DNA of 64,000 bases from an uncultured Acidimicrobiales bacterium (GCA_963787285.1 CAWBCM010000013.1:37562-101561); one strand, 5' to 3'. Positions 23,284 through 34,146 are shown, numbered from the stretch's first letter. Notes: a model not told the origin generated them from the letters alone. A program made the numbers and translations.

Positions 23284-25260
23284 ATGAGCGACGCCACCAT
23301 CGAGGTGTACGAGAACGAGGCACGTCGGTTCCCCCCGCCCGCGGCGTTCGCCGCGACGGCTCTGGTCAGTGACCGTTCGCTCTACGAGGAGGCCGAGGCC
23401 GACTACGAGGCCTTCTGGGCCCGACAGGCCCGCGAGCTGCTCACCTGGAACCGAGACTTCGACACCCCGCTCGTCTGGGACCTGCCCTTTGCCCAGTGGT
23501 TCGTGGGCGGCAAGCTCAACGTGTCGGAGAACTGCCTCGATCGCCACGTGGCTGCGGGCGGTGGCGACAAGGTCGCCTACCACTGGGAGGGTGAGCCCGG
23601 AGACACCCGTACGATCACCTACGCCCAGCTGCTCGCCGACGTCGAGAAGTTCGCCAATGTGCTCAAGGGCTTCGGGCTCACCACCGGCGATCGCGTCGCC
23701 ATCTACCTGCCGATGATCCCCGAGCTCCCGGTGGCGATGCTGGCCTGCACCCGGATCGGCGTGGTCCACTCCGTGATCTTCGGCGGGTTCTCGCCGACGT
23801 CGATCGTCGACCGGTGCGACGACGCCGAGGCCAAGCTGGTGATCACCGCCGACGCCGGGTACCGGCGGGGGGCACCCTCCGATCTCAAGTCGGCGGTCGA
23901 TTCGGCACTGGCCGACGGTGCTCCGAGCGTCGAGCACGTGATCGTCGTGAACCGCTGCGATAGCGGTCCCAGCATGATGGAAGGTCGCGACCACTGGTGG
24001 CACGACCTCATGGCCGAGGCCGACGATCACTGCCCGCCCATTGCCCTCGACAGCGAGCAGCTCCTCTACCTGCTCTACACCTCGGGGACCACGGCGAAGC
24101 CCAAGGGAATCATGCACACCACGGGCGGCTATCTCACGCAGGTGGCGTTCACCCACAAGTACGTCTTCGATCTGCATCCCGACACCGACGTGTACTGGTG
24201 TGCGGCCGACATCGGCTGGGTCACGGGTCACAGCTACATCGTCTACGGGCCCCTGGCCAACGGCGCGACCTCGGTGATGTACGAGGGCACGCCCGACACC
24301 CCACGAGAGAGCGACCGCCGAGGCGATCGCTCGGAATGGGCCAAGGATCGCCTGTGGGACATCATCGAGCGCTATGGGGTCACGCAGCTGTACACCGCGC
24401 CCACGGCCATCCGCACGTTCATGAAGTGGGGCGTCGGCTGGCCCGAGGGTCACGATCTCTCGTCGCTACGCGTGCTCGGTACCGTCGGTGAGCCCATCAA
24501 CCCCGAGGCGTGGATGTGGTATCACGAGCACATCGGCGGCGAGCGGTGCCCCATCGTCGACACGTGGTGGCAGACCGAGACCGGCGGCCAGATGATCAGC
24601 CCGTTGCCCGGAGTGACCACGACCATCCCCGGCACCGCCACCACGCCGATACCCGGGGTGTTCGCCGAGGTCGTCGACCGCGACGGCAACAAGGTCGAAG
24701 TCGGGGGCGGGTACCTCACCATCACCCGGCCGTGGCCGTCGATGCTTCGCGGTATCTGGGGCGATCCGGACCGGTACTTCGCCACGTACTGGTCGGAGTA
24801 TCCCGGCCGCTACTTCGCCGGCGATGGCGCGCGGGTCGACGAAGAGGGCAACATCTGGATACTCGGCCGGACCGACGACGTCATGAACGTCTCCGGTCAC
24901 CGCATCTCCACCAGCGAGATCGAATCGGCGCTCGTCGATCATCCGGCGGTGGCCGAGGCTGCGGTGGTCGGCGCCAACGACGAGGTCACCGGCCAGGCCA
25001 TCGTGGGTTACGTGATCCTCATCGGTGGCTTCGACGATTCCCCCGAGCTGCGCGAGGAGATTCGCCAACACGTGGCCACCAAGCTCGGGGCCATCGCCCG
25101 CCCCCGAGCGGTGAACGTGACCCCCGACCTGCCCAAGACCCGCTCGGGCAAGATCATGCGCCGGTTGTTGCGCCAGATCGCGCAGGGCGAGGAGATCGGC
25201 GACACGACGACCCTGGCCGACCCGTCGGTGGTCGATGCCCTGCGCTCCAGCGCCGAGTGA
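23284..25260 (+). CDS. acs: acetyl-CoA synthetase (AMP-forming)
   Basis: 658-aa intact ORF containing YTSGTTAKPKG, WWQTETGG and the C-terminal PKTRSGKIMRRLLR, which holds the Lys acetylated in characterised Acs enzymes. Confidence 0.95.
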   Translation: MSDATIEVYENEARRFPPPAAFAATALVSDRSLYEEAEADYEAFWARQARELLTWNRDFDTPLVWDLPFAQWFVGGKLNVSENCLDRHVAAGGGDKVAYHWEGEPGDTRTITYAQLLADVEKFANVLKGFGLTTGDRVAIYLPMIPELPVAMLACTRIGVVHSVIFGGFSPTSIVDRCDDAEAKLVITADAGYRRGAPSDLKSAVDSALADGAPSVEHVIVVNRCDSGPSMMEGRDHWWHDLMAEADDHCPPIALDSEQLLYLLYTSGTTAKPKGIMHTTGGYLTQVAFTHKYVFDLHPDTDVYWCAADIGWVTGHSYIVYGPLANGATSVMYEGTPDTPRESDRRGDRSEWAKDRLWDIIERYGVTQLYTAPTAIRTFMKWGVGWPEGHDLSSLRVLGTVGEPINPEAWMWYHEHIGGERCPIVDTWWQTETGGQMISPLPGVTTTIPGTATTPIPGVFAEVVDRDGNKVEVGGGYLTITRPWPSMLRGIWGDPDRYFATYWSEYPGRYFAGDGARVDEEGNIWILGRTDDVMNVSGHRISTSEIESALVDHPAVAEAAVVGANDEVTGQAIVGYVILIGGFDDSPELREEIRQHVATKLGAIARPRAVNVTPDLPKTRSGKIMRRLLRQIAQGEEIGDTTTLADPSVVDALRSSAE

Positions 25261-25745
25261 CCACGCCGGAGAACTGGATCTGGGCCGACGGTCACATCGC
25301 AGGCGGTCGCGCCGTCATCGTCGACGTCGACGGCGTGATCGCCGACGCCAGCCACCGCCAGTGGTATCTCGACGGCGCCCGCCGTGACTGGCGGGGCTTC
25401 TTCGAGGCGTGTGTCGAGGATCCCCCCATCGACTCGGTGATCCGGCTGGTTGCGCTGTTCGACCCGGGTGTGGCCGTCGTGCTCCTCACCGCTCGGCCGT
25501 ACTACGTCACCGAACAGACCGAGATCTGGCTCCGGGCCCACGGCGTGCGCTGGGACCTGCTCGTCCTGCGGGCCCGAGCCGACGAGGCGACCAGCTCCGC
25601 TCCGTTCAAGCGGCGCGTGGTCGGCGAGCTGAGGCACGCCGGGTTCGACCTCGAACTGGCGATCGACGACGACATCACCAACATCGGGATGTACCACGAG
25701 GAATCGGTTCCCGCCGTGTACATCCACAGCGGCTACTACGAATAG
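25257..25745 (+). CDS. HAD-like phosphatase domain protein (polynucleotide kinase-phosphatase-like)
   Basis: GTG 25257 overlaps the acs stop (GTGA). It contains VIVDVDGVIADASHR (DxDG motif)...VVLLTARP...AIDDD. The family assignment is tentative. Confidence 0.5.
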   Translation: MTTPENWIWADGHIAGGRAVIVDVDGVIADASHRQWYLDGARRDWRGFFEACVEDPPIDSVIRLVALFDPGVAVVLLTARPYYVTEQTEIWLRAHGVRWDLLVLRARADEATSSAPFKRRVVGELRHAGFDLELAIDDDITNIGMYHEESVPAVYIHSGYYE

Positions 25746-25749
25746 TCGC

Positions 25750-26238
25750 TCAGTCGCGGAAGTTGCCGAACTGGAGAGGGATCCCGAAGTCGTCCTCTTT
25801 CAGCGCCGCGATGACCGCCTGGAGATCGTCCCGCTTCTTGCCGTTGACTCGCAGCTCGTCGCCCTGGGTCTGTGACTGGATCCCCTTCAGGTCGAGCCCC
25901 TTGATGAACTTGTTGAGCTCGCGCGCCTTGTCGGAGGAGATGCCGGCGGCGAGGGTGGCCACCATTCGTGACCGGCCACCGGCGGCGGGAGTGACGGTGC
26001 CGAAGTCGACGCCCTTCAGCGAGACCTTGCGCTTCACGAGCTTTTCCTCGAGCACCTGCCGGAGGGCATTCACGCGGTCGTCGGCCGACGACTCGAGGGT
26101 GATCGTCGAGTCGCCGAGCTCGATGAGCGAGTCGGTCCCCTTGAAGTCGTAGCGGTTGGCAATCTCGCGTTGGGCCTGGTCGACCGCGTTGCGGACTTCC
26201 TGGGCGTCGAGCTCGGAGGACACGTCGAAGGAAGGCAT
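25750..26238 (-). CDS. yajQ: YajQ family nucleotide / cyclic-di-GMP-binding protein (UPF0234)
   Basis: MPSFDVSSELDAQEVRNAVDQAQREIANRYDFKG...GIPLQFGNFRD from ATG 26236-26238. Confidence 0.88.
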   Translation of the reverse strand: MPSFDVSSELDAQEVRNAVDQAQREIANRYDFKGTDSLIELGDSTITLESSADDRVNALRQVLEEKLVKRKVSLKGVDFGTVTPAAGGRSRMVATLAAGISSDKARELNKFIKGLDLKGIQSQTQGDELRVNGKKRDDLQAVIAALKEDDFGIPLQFGNFRD

Positions 26239-26277
26239 GGCCGAAAGTCTAGGACGACGTCGGTCGGGAAAACCGAA

Positions 26278-26302
26278 AGCAGGCCTGCGGGGCAGGCCTG
26301 CT
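26278..26302 (-). terminator. intrinsic terminator downstream of tRNA-Tyr
   Basis: AGCAGGCCTGC-ggg-GCAGGCCTGCT forms an 11-bp stem. On the minus strand it is followed by TTTCGGTTTTCC. Confidence 0.7.
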
Positions 26303-26304
26303 GA

Positions 26305-26389
26305 TGGTGGGCCGGGGAGGATTTGAACCTCCGAAGGCAATGCCGACGGGTTTACAGCCCGTTCCCTTTGGCCACTCGGGCACCGACCC
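26305..26389 (-). tRNA. tRNA-Tyr (anticodon GTA), long variable arm, CCA encoded
   Basis: The reverse complement reads GGGTCGGTGCCCGAGTGGCCAAAGGGAACGGGCTGTAAACCCGTCGGCATTGCCTTCGGAGGTTCAAATCCTCCCCGGCCCACCA. It has a 7-bp acceptor stem, anticodon loop CTGTAAA, and TTCAAAT in the T loop. Confidence 0.93.
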
Positions 26390-26444
26390 AGGGCTGTCAC
26401 AGTATCGGGACCTCCCGGCGATCGGTACGCCTTTCGCCGTCGGA

Positions 26445-27464
26445 TCAGCCCGGCATCTGGCTGGGTCGACCGGCGATGATCCCCGCGGCGCCCTGATCGA
26501 TCATCTCGGCATAGAACTCCGTGTTCTCCTGGGTCTCGGCGTTGCTCGGCCACACCCACACCGCCACGTCGCTCGCGGCCACCGTCTCCCAGAAGCTCGG
26601 CGTGATCACCGCAAGGCCGTCGAAGTCAGGGGGCACCTGCACGATGCGATGACCAGCGAGTGGTTGGCGCCCGAACAACCACACGGTCATCTCGTTCGAG
26701 CCAGGCGAGGTCTCGACCCCCGGAAGGCGCGCTTCGAACGCCTCCACCAGTGCATCATCGAACGAGACCACGACGACGTTGTCCTCGATGCCGGCGGCTT
26801 CGATCTCGACGGCCAGCGCCTCGACCACGGGGAGGGCGTCGGGAGCCGACCCTTTGATCTCGATGTCGAACGGATGGCGGGGATAGCGCTCGACGAGCTC
26901 GGCGAAGGTGATGATGCGGAAGTCGTCGGCGTTGGCGCCGGGTGGGGGAGGGGTGGCGCCGGTACGAACGCCTCGATAGGGATACGCGTCGGCGGGAAGG
27001 TCGCGACACGGCCAGCACCAATGGCTGAACCAATAGGCGGCATCGAGCGACTGCAGCTCGGCCAGGGTGCGCTCGGAGACGGGTCCGGTGGCGTCGGTGG
27101 TCTTGTCGACGGTGTCGTCGTGCTGCACGATCAGGACCCCGTCGCCGCTCAGTTGTACGTCGATCTCCAACATGTCGGCGCCGGCGGCCACCGCCTGATC
27201 GAAGGCGAAGAACGTGGAGTGGGGCCCTTCTTGGTCGCCGCCGGCGTGGGCGATGTTGAGCGGCTCGGCGCGGCTCACCAGTTCGTCGATGGTGGGGCGC
27301 TCCGGCACCGGCTCGGGGGTGGCGGTGGGCGTCGGTTCGGCGGTGGGAGACGAGTCGGCGGTCGCCGAGTCGGCCGGCGCGCTCTCGTCGGCGCCCGACG
27401 AGCAGGCCGCCGCCAGGGTGGCGACCAGCAGCGGGGTCAGGAGGAGTCGACTCACCGTGCGCAT
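26445..27464 (-). CDS. glycerophosphodiester phosphodiesterase family lipoprotein
   Basis: Lipobox LAAAC-SSG, a Pro/Thr linker, then NIAHAGGDQEGPHSTFFAF...GADMLEIDVQLSGDGVLIVQHDDTVD, matching GDPD motifs. Confidence 0.85.
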   Translation of the reverse strand: MRTVSRLLLTPLLVATLAAACSSGADESAPADSATADSSPTAEPTPTATPEPVPERPTIDELVSRAEPLNIAHAGGDQEGPHSTFFAFDQAVAAGADMLEIDVQLSGDGVLIVQHDDTVDKTTDATGPVSERTLAELQSLDAAYWFSHWCWPCRDLPADAYPYRGVRTGATPPPPGANADDFRIITFAELVERYPRHPFDIEIKGSAPDALPVVEALAVEIEAAGIEDNVVVVSFDDALVEAFEARLPGVETSPGSNEMTVWLFGRQPLAGHRIVQVPPDFDGLAVITPSFWETVAASDVAVWVWPSNAETQENTEFYAEMIDQGAAGIIAGRPSQMPG

Positions 27465-27530
27465 ACGGCCGTTCTAGCCGAGCGGCGCGCCGGTGAGGCG
27501 TCGTGGCTCCGGTTCTGCTCAACTCGGGGG

Positions 27531-28454
27531 ATGGCCACCGGCTATGTCACCCATCCGAGTTGTCTGCTCCACGAGATGCCCTCCGACCACCCCGAGTCTC
27601 CTCGGCGGCTGTCGGCCATCAACGATGCGCTGGTCGAGTCGCGGCTGATGCCGTTCCTCGACGTGATCGAGGCTCCCGCGGCCACCGACGACCAGCTGGC
27701 GCGTGTCCATTCCCGTGATCACATCGAGTGGGTCAGGTCGAAGGTCCCCGCATCGGGCTGGTTCGAGGTCGATCCGGACACGTTCATGAACCGCCACACC
27801 CACGACGCAGCCCGACACGCTGCGGGTGCGGTGGTCAGAGCCGTCGAACTCGTGGTCGGCGGAGACCTGACGAACGCCTTCTGCGCCGTGCGCCCACCTG
27901 GTCATCACGCAACGCGTGAATCGGCAATGGGATTCTGCTTCTTCAACAACGTCGCGGTCGGGGCCGCTCACGCGCTGGCCCAGCACGGTCTCGAGCGGGT
28001 GGCCATCGTCGACTTCGACGTGCATCAGGGCAACGGCACCATCGACATCTTCTCCGACAATCCCAAGGTGTTGTTCTGTTCGACCTACCAGCACCCGTTC
28101 TACCCCCACACCCCGCCGGTCACCGGTCACGATCACATGGTCGATCTTCCCCTCGCCGCCGGGTCGGGCAGTACGGCGTTCCGGCGGGCGGTCACTGACG
28201 GCTGGGTACCGAGGATCGACCGATTCGCACCCCAGCTGATCCTGGTGTCGGCCGGATTCGACGCGCACATACGTGATCAGCTGGCCCACTTCGATCTGAT
28301 CGACTCCGACTTCGCATGGGTCACCGAGCAGATCACCGAGCTGGCCGCCACCCATGCCGACGGGCGGGTCGTCTCGGTGCTCGAGGGAGGCTACGACCTC
28401 GTCGGGCTGGCGGCGTCGGTCACCGCGCACGTGCGGGGGCTCATGGGCGTCTGA
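27531..28454 (+). CDS. histone deacetylase family (Zn-dependent) deacetylase, AcuC/HDAC-like
   Basis: Contains RPPGHHA...GFCFFNNVAV...IVDFDVHQGNGT...SAGFDAH...LEGGY. Start ATG 27531. Confidence 0.9.
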   Translation: MATGYVTHPSCLLHEMPSDHPESPRRLSAINDALVESRLMPFLDVIEAPAATDDQLARVHSRDHIEWVRSKVPASGWFEVDPDTFMNRHTHDAARHAAGAVVRAVELVVGGDLTNAFCAVRPPGHHATRESAMGFCFFNNVAVGAAHALAQHGLERVAIVDFDVHQGNGTIDIFSDNPKVLFCSTYQHPFYPHTPPVTGHDHMVDLPLAAGSGSTAFRRAVTDGWVPRIDRFAPQLILVSAGFDAHIRDQLAHFDLIDSDFAWVTEQITELAATHADGRVVSVLEGGYDLVGLAASVTAHVRGLMGV

Positions 28455-28464
28455 GCCGCCGACC

Positions 28465-31170
28465 TCAGAGGGACTTCTTGGTGCGAACCAGCGACGGATC
28501 GTCGGGATCGGTCGTGATCCGAAAGCCCAGGCTGCGGGCGAGCGTCTTCATGCCGTGGTTGTCGGCCAACACGTGTCCGACCATGGTCTCGAGGTTGCGG
28601 TAGCGGGCGTACTCGATGAGTGCTTCCATCAGCTTGTGGGCCACGCCCTTGCCCTGCCAGTCGTCGGCGACGACGACGGCGAACTCGCAGCTCTCGCCGT
28701 CGGGATTGATCACGTAGCGGCACACACCGATCTCGGTCTCGTCGCCTTCCTCGTCGATGACGGCGACGAAGGCCATCTCGCGGTCGTAGTCGATCTGGGT
28801 GAAGCGAGCCAGCATCGCCGGTGAGAGCCGTTTGAAGGTGTTCATGAACCGGAAGTGCTTGGTCTCGGGTGACAGATTGTCGACGAAGGACCGCTCCATC
28901 TCGGCGTCCTCGGGACGGATCGGCCGGATCGTGCACGCAACGCCTCCCGCGAGCAGGGTGGTCGACACCAGGTGGCTGGGATACGGGTGGATGGCGGTGT
29001 GGGAGTACCGCCGGGAGTCGACGTAGTGGCGGTCGACGACGATGCGGGCGTCGGCGGCGATGACGCCGCTCTCGTCGGCGAACAGCGGGTTGATGTCGAG
29101 CTCCTTGATGGCCGGCAGCTCGCAGGCCATCTCCGACACCCGCAACAGCACGTCCTCGACCGCATCCATGTCGGCGGCCGGTCGGCCCCGGTACCCGGCC
29201 AAGAGCCGGGCCGCTCGGGTCTGGCCGATCATGTCCTTGGTGAGGAGGCGATTGAGCGGGGGAAGGCACACCGCTTTGTCGGCCAGCAGCTCGAGCTCGG
29301 TACCGCCCGTGCCGAAGACCACCACCGGCCCGAAAACGGGATCACGGTTGATGCCGACCAGCAGCTCGACGCCGCCGGCCATCGACACCATGGGCTGGAT
29401 CACCACTCCTTCGACGTCGGCGTCGGGCCGCTGCGCAGCGGCCGATCGGATGATGTCCTCGAACTCCCGCTGCACGGCTCCGGCACTCGCCACGTTCAGC
29501 CGCACGCCACCGATGTCGGACTTGTGGGTGATGTCGTGGGAATGGATCTTCATGGCCACCGGCAGGCCGAGTGTCTCGGCCACGACGATGGCCTCGGCCG
29601 AGGTCCGTACGACCGATGACTGCGTGACGGGAACGCCGAACGCGGCCAGCACCGCTTTCGACTCGACCTCGGTGAGCACCGAGCGCTTCTCGGACAACAC
29701 GTTGTCGATGATGAGCTGAGCGCCGGCGATGTCCGGGGTCGACTCGGTGGCGATCGGACCCGGCGTCTGGATGAGCAACTGTTGGTTGTGGTGGAACTGC
29801 GTGAGGTACGAGAAGCCCTGCACCGCGGTCTCGGGGAGGCGGAACGTGGGCATCTCGGCGCGGGCGAACAGTTCGCGGGACTCCCGAACCTGCTTGTCGC
29901 CCATCCAACAGGTGAGCACCGGTTTGGCGCTCGTCTCGCCGACCTCGATGATGCGGCGGGCGACTTCGGTCGGGTCGGTCATGGCCTGGGGGGTGAGCAT
30001 GACGAGCACCCCATCGGTGCCCTTGTCGGCCAGGGCCACTCGCGTCGCCTCCGCGTAGCGACCGGCGTCGGCGTCACCGAGCACGTCGATCGGGTTGCCT
30101 CTGGACCACATCGGGGGCAGCACGGCATCGAGGTCGGCGACGGTGGTCGGCGTGAGCTCGGCCAAGGGGATGTGGAGATCGCCGGCCTTGTCGCAGGCCA
30201 TGACGCCAGGTCCGCCCGCGTTGGTCACGATCGCCAGCCGATCGCCGTGGATCCGGGTGCGCCCGACCAACACGGCCGCGGCCGCGAACAGATCACCGAC
30301 GTGCACGCCGCGGACCACGCCGGCACGACGCAGCGCGGCGTCGAACACGTCGTCGGCGCCCGACAGCGCCCCGGTGTGGGAGACCGCGGCCTGCTCGCCG
30401 GCCTGGTGACGGCCGGCCTTGACGACGATCACCGGCTTGGCCCTCGCCGCCGCCCGCAGCGCGCTCATGAATGCCCGCGCGTTCTGCACGCCTTCGACGT
30501 ACATCAGGATGCTGTCGGTCTTCGGGTCGGCGACGAGGTAGTCGAGGATCTCACCGAAGTCGATGTCGGCGGAGATGCCCATGGACACCACGGCGGAGAA
30601 CCCGATGTCACGGTTCTCGGCCCAGTCGACGATGGCCGTGCACAAAGCACCCGACTGCGAGACGAGCGCGAGGTTTCCTGCGTCGGCGGTGCCCTTGGCG
30701 AAGGTTGCGTTGAGGCCGACGTTCGGCCGAATCAGTCCGAGGCAGTTCGGACCCATGAAACGAATGCCGAACAGTCGGGCCACCTCGATCGCCTGATGCT
30801 CGAGCCGACGGCCCTCCTCGCCGGCCTCGCGGAACCCTGCCGACAGGATCACCGCCGTGGTCACGCCCTTCTCCCCGCAGGCTTCGAGTATGGAGGGCAC
30901 CGTCGACGCGGGGGTGGCGATGACCGCCAGTTCGACGTCGGCGTCGACCTCCTCGAGACTCGGATAGCAGGTCAATCCATCGATCTGGTCGTACTTGGGA
31001 TTGATCGGGTAGACACCACCCTCGAAACCGGCCGAGACGATGTTCCCGAGCACGACGCTGCCGACGGCTGTCGGCCGGGTGCTGGCTCCGAACACGGCGA
31101 TCGACCTGGGTTCGAAGAGCGGGGTCAGGTAGTGGACCGGTGTCTCGAGTGTGTTCCGTCGTGTCGCCAT
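28465..31170 (-). CDS. pat: Pat/PatZ (YfiQ)-type protein lysine acetyltransferase: ADP-forming acyl-CoA synthetase-like domains plus a C-terminal GNAT
   Basis: 901 aa from ATG 31168-31170. The N-terminus is a CoA-binding/succinyl-CoA-synthetase-like fold (SIAVFGAS...GPNCLGL...SQSGAL), followed by an ATP-grasp region. The C-terminal GNAT contains EFAVVVADDWQGKGVAHKLMEALIEYAR. Confidence 0.88.
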   Translation of the reverse strand: MATRRNTLETPVHYLTPLFEPRSIAVFGASTRPTAVGSVVLGNIVSAGFEGGVYPINPKYDQIDGLTCYPSLEEVDADVELAVIATPASTVPSILEACGEKGVTTAVILSAGFREAGEEGRRLEHQAIEVARLFGIRFMGPNCLGLIRPNVGLNATFAKGTADAGNLALVSQSGALCTAIVDWAENRDIGFSAVVSMGISADIDFGEILDYLVADPKTDSILMYVEGVQNARAFMSALRAAARAKPVIVVKAGRHQAGEQAAVSHTGALSGADDVFDAALRRAGVVRGVHVGDLFAAAAVLVGRTRIHGDRLAIVTNAGGPGVMACDKAGDLHIPLAELTPTTVADLDAVLPPMWSRGNPIDVLGDADAGRYAEATRVALADKGTDGVLVMLTPQAMTDPTEVARRIIEVGETSAKPVLTCWMGDKQVRESRELFARAEMPTFRLPETAVQGFSYLTQFHHNQQLLIQTPGPIATESTPDIAGAQLIIDNVLSEKRSVLTEVESKAVLAAFGVPVTQSSVVRTSAEAIVVAETLGLPVAMKIHSHDITHKSDIGGVRLNVASAGAVQREFEDIIRSAAAQRPDADVEGVVIQPMVSMAGGVELLVGINRDPVFGPVVVFGTGGTELELLADKAVCLPPLNRLLTKDMIGQTRAARLLAGYRGRPAADMDAVEDVLLRVSEMACELPAIKELDINPLFADESGVIAADARIVVDRHYVDSRRYSHTAIHPYPSHLVSTTLLAGGVACTIRPIRPEDAEMERSFVDNLSPETKHFRFMNTFKRLSPAMLARFTQIDYDREMAFVAVIDEEGDETEIGVCRYVINPDGESCEFAVVVADDWQGKGVAHKLMEALIEYARYRNLETMVGHVLADNHGMKTLARSLGFRITTDPDDPSLVRTKKSL

Positions 31171-31216
31171 CGAGATCCAATGTACGGGCCGCAGCGTCGG
31201 TGGACCGACGCAGCGG

Positions 31217-32260
<1,044 letters not shown>

Positions 32261-32273
32261 GGTTCCCCGGTCT

Positions 32274-33242
32274 TCAGGGCCGGAGGTCGGTGCGCCAGTA
32301 GTCGACGCCGAGCTCGTCGGCCATGGCGGCCATGCGCGGCGCGATCGGATTCCCGATGGCGTCGAGCACTCGGTTCATCATCCCGTAGTTCCCGGCCACG
32401 GCCAGCGCGCGAACCGCGCCGGCCTCACCCACGGCTTCGACCAGCGCGGCGCGTGCCAGCGGCATCTCCTCGGCGTCCCACAGCGCCACGGCGTCGGCCG
32501 CGGCGCGCAGCTCGACGCCAGCCGGCAGCAACGGGTCGACCGCCACCTGGTTCACCGCTCTCAGGTCGACGGGCACCTGGTGGGCCTTGCTTCCCTCACG
32601 GAGAAACATCGCATGGGCGAACAGTCAATAGAAGCACTCGTTCAGCAGCGAGGTCCGCGCGGCGACCATCTCCATCTGGGGGCGGAGGAGATCCTTGACC
32701 AGACCGAACTCGGGGATCTGTTCGTTGGTGATGAAGAAGGCACCGTGGATCTCGTGCAGCGCGGCGTGATCGTCGGGTACCGCTGACAACGCCACGGGGG
32801 CCGACGGCGCGCCGACCGTGGGAACCCACGCCCCGTTCGACGCCGCGGCCACATCGGTGACGCCGGTGGGTTCGCCCGGCTCGGCGGTTGGGAGTCGACG
32901 AAGGGGGCGGCCGACTCCGAACTCGAACCCGTCGATCGCCGCGAGCCGCGAGACCACCCCGATGATCTCGACGTACGCGCAGCGATCGAGGCCCCGGTCC
33001 TCGAGCTGGTCGACCCACTCGCGCCGAATCTGATGAGCTCGGGTGGAGACCGCCCGGGCCGCCTCGGCGGCGACCGCCGCGACCTCTCCCGTGCGGGCCT
33101 CGTCACCGGCCCGCTCGCGACGGGCCTCGCGAGCGATGGCGACGCGCTCGGTCCCCGTGAAGAACGATCCGGGCCGGGCCATGCGGGCCCAGTCGCGCTC
33201 GATGACGATGTCGTACCCGTCGCCTACACGCAGTTCGCCCAT
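32274..33242 (-). CDS. AhpD/carboxymuconolactone decarboxylase (CMD)-like peroxidase-related protein with an in-frame TGA (32625-32627) at the CxxC motif; candidate selenoprotein or a disrupted gene
   Basis: ORFs 32625..33242 and 32274..32609 share one frame. Reading through the TGA gives ...ARTSLLNECFY[TGA]LFAHAMFLREGSK..., which matches N-x-C-x-Y-C-x-x-x-H of the AhpD core. The downstream ORF's ATG lies 5 codons after the TGA, inside the motif helix. Confidence 0.6.
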
Positions 33243-33305
33243 GGGGACTCCAACTCATTTGCCGATGCCCAGCATCGCATGCCGACGCCGCCGCGGGCAG
33301 GGGAA

Positions 33306-33794
33306 TCAGAGAAGCTTCTGCAGGACGGCGACGTCGAGCCATCGGCCGAACTTTCGTCCGACCTCTCGCTCGACGCCGACCAACTCGAATCCGAGCGAGG
33401 TGTGGAGCTGTCTCGACACGGCGTGATCACCGACCACCCTGGCCACCACCGAATGGAAACCGTGGCGCTGGGCCACGACCAAGAGCTCGGCCAGCAGCGC
33501 TCGCCCCACCCCCTTCCCCTGGTGGGCGTCGACCACATAGACGCTGTCCTCCACCGTCGACCTGTAGGCGGGTCGGTCGCGGTAGGGCGACAGCGACGCG
33601 AAGCCGACGATCTCGCCGTCGAGCTCCGCCACCATCACCGCATGGGCTCCCGACCGCTCGCTCAGCCATCGTCGCTGTTCGTCGAGGGATCGGGGGGCGA
33701 GGTCGGTCGTCGCGGTCGACTCCAGCACCTGGCGGTTGTAGATCGTGCGGATGGCGTCGGCATCGCGTTCAACGGCGAGTCGTATGCGCACCAT
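33306..33794 (-). CDS. GNAT family N-acetyltransferase (phosphinothricin / methionine-sulfoximine acetyltransferase-like)
   Basis: MVRIRLAVERDADAIRTIYNRQVLESTATTDL...VDAHQGKGVGRALLAELL...LGFELVG from ATG 33792-33794. Confidence 0.8.
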   Translation of the reverse strand: MVRIRLAVERDADAIRTIYNRQVLESTATTDLAPRSLDEQRRWLSERSGAHAVMVAELDGEIVGFASLSPYRDRPAYRSTVEDSVYVVDAHQGKGVGRALLAELLVVAQRHGFHSVVARVVGDHAVSRQLHTSLGFELVGVEREVGRKFGRWLDVAVLQKLL

Positions 33795-33900
33795 GCGGAC
33801 CCTACTCCGAGCGTCGGGGCAGCCTCGGGCTTCGGCCGGGCGAAGGTTTCGAGAACGCCCGAACCGTGGCATCATCAGAGGCTGTCCGGTTCGCCGGCCC

Positions 33901-33973
33901 GCCCCCTTAGCTCAGTCGGCAGAGCGTTTCCATGGTAAGGAAAAGGTCGTGAGTTCAATTCTCACAGGGGGCT
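33901..33973 (+). tRNA. tRNA-Thr (anticodon GGT), CCA not encoded
   Basis: GCCCCCTTAGCTCAGTCGGCAGAGCGTTTCCATGGTAAGGAAAAGGTCGTGAGTTCAATTCTCACAGGGGGCT. Acceptor stem GCCCCCT/AGGGGGC; anticodon loop ATGGTAA. Confidence 0.92.
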
Positions 33974-34004
33974 CCCACCGATGCTCGGCACCTCGTCGGG
34001 CTGC

Positions 34005-34078
34005 GGCGGCGTAGCTCAGTTGGTGAGAGCGCTCGACTCATAATCGAGAGGTCGGCAGTTCGAATCTGCCCGCCGCTA
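34005..34078 (+). tRNA. tRNA-Met (anticodon CAT), CCA not encoded
   Basis: GGCGGCGTAGCTCAGTTGGTGAGAGCGCTCGACTCATAATCGAGAGGTCGGCAGTTCGAATCTGCCCGCCGCTA. Anticodon loop CTCATAA. Positions 1-72 form a G-T pair. I cannot tell whether it is elongator Met or lysidine-modified Ile. Confidence 0.88.
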
Positions 34079-34146
34079 CCGCACCGGCACCGAGTCGGTG
34101 TCGGGAAATCACGTCGTACCGACGTCAAACATGCAGGAAGGTCACC

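Noticed and set aside
34005-34078. The G1-T72 pairing in tRNA-Met(CAT) could mark an initiator or an unusual tRNA.
   Set aside because: Bacterial initiator tRNA has a C1xA72 mismatch and three G-C pairs in the anticodon stem, which are not evident here. It is most simply an elongator Met or an Ile2-type tRNA, and it cannot be resolved by eye.
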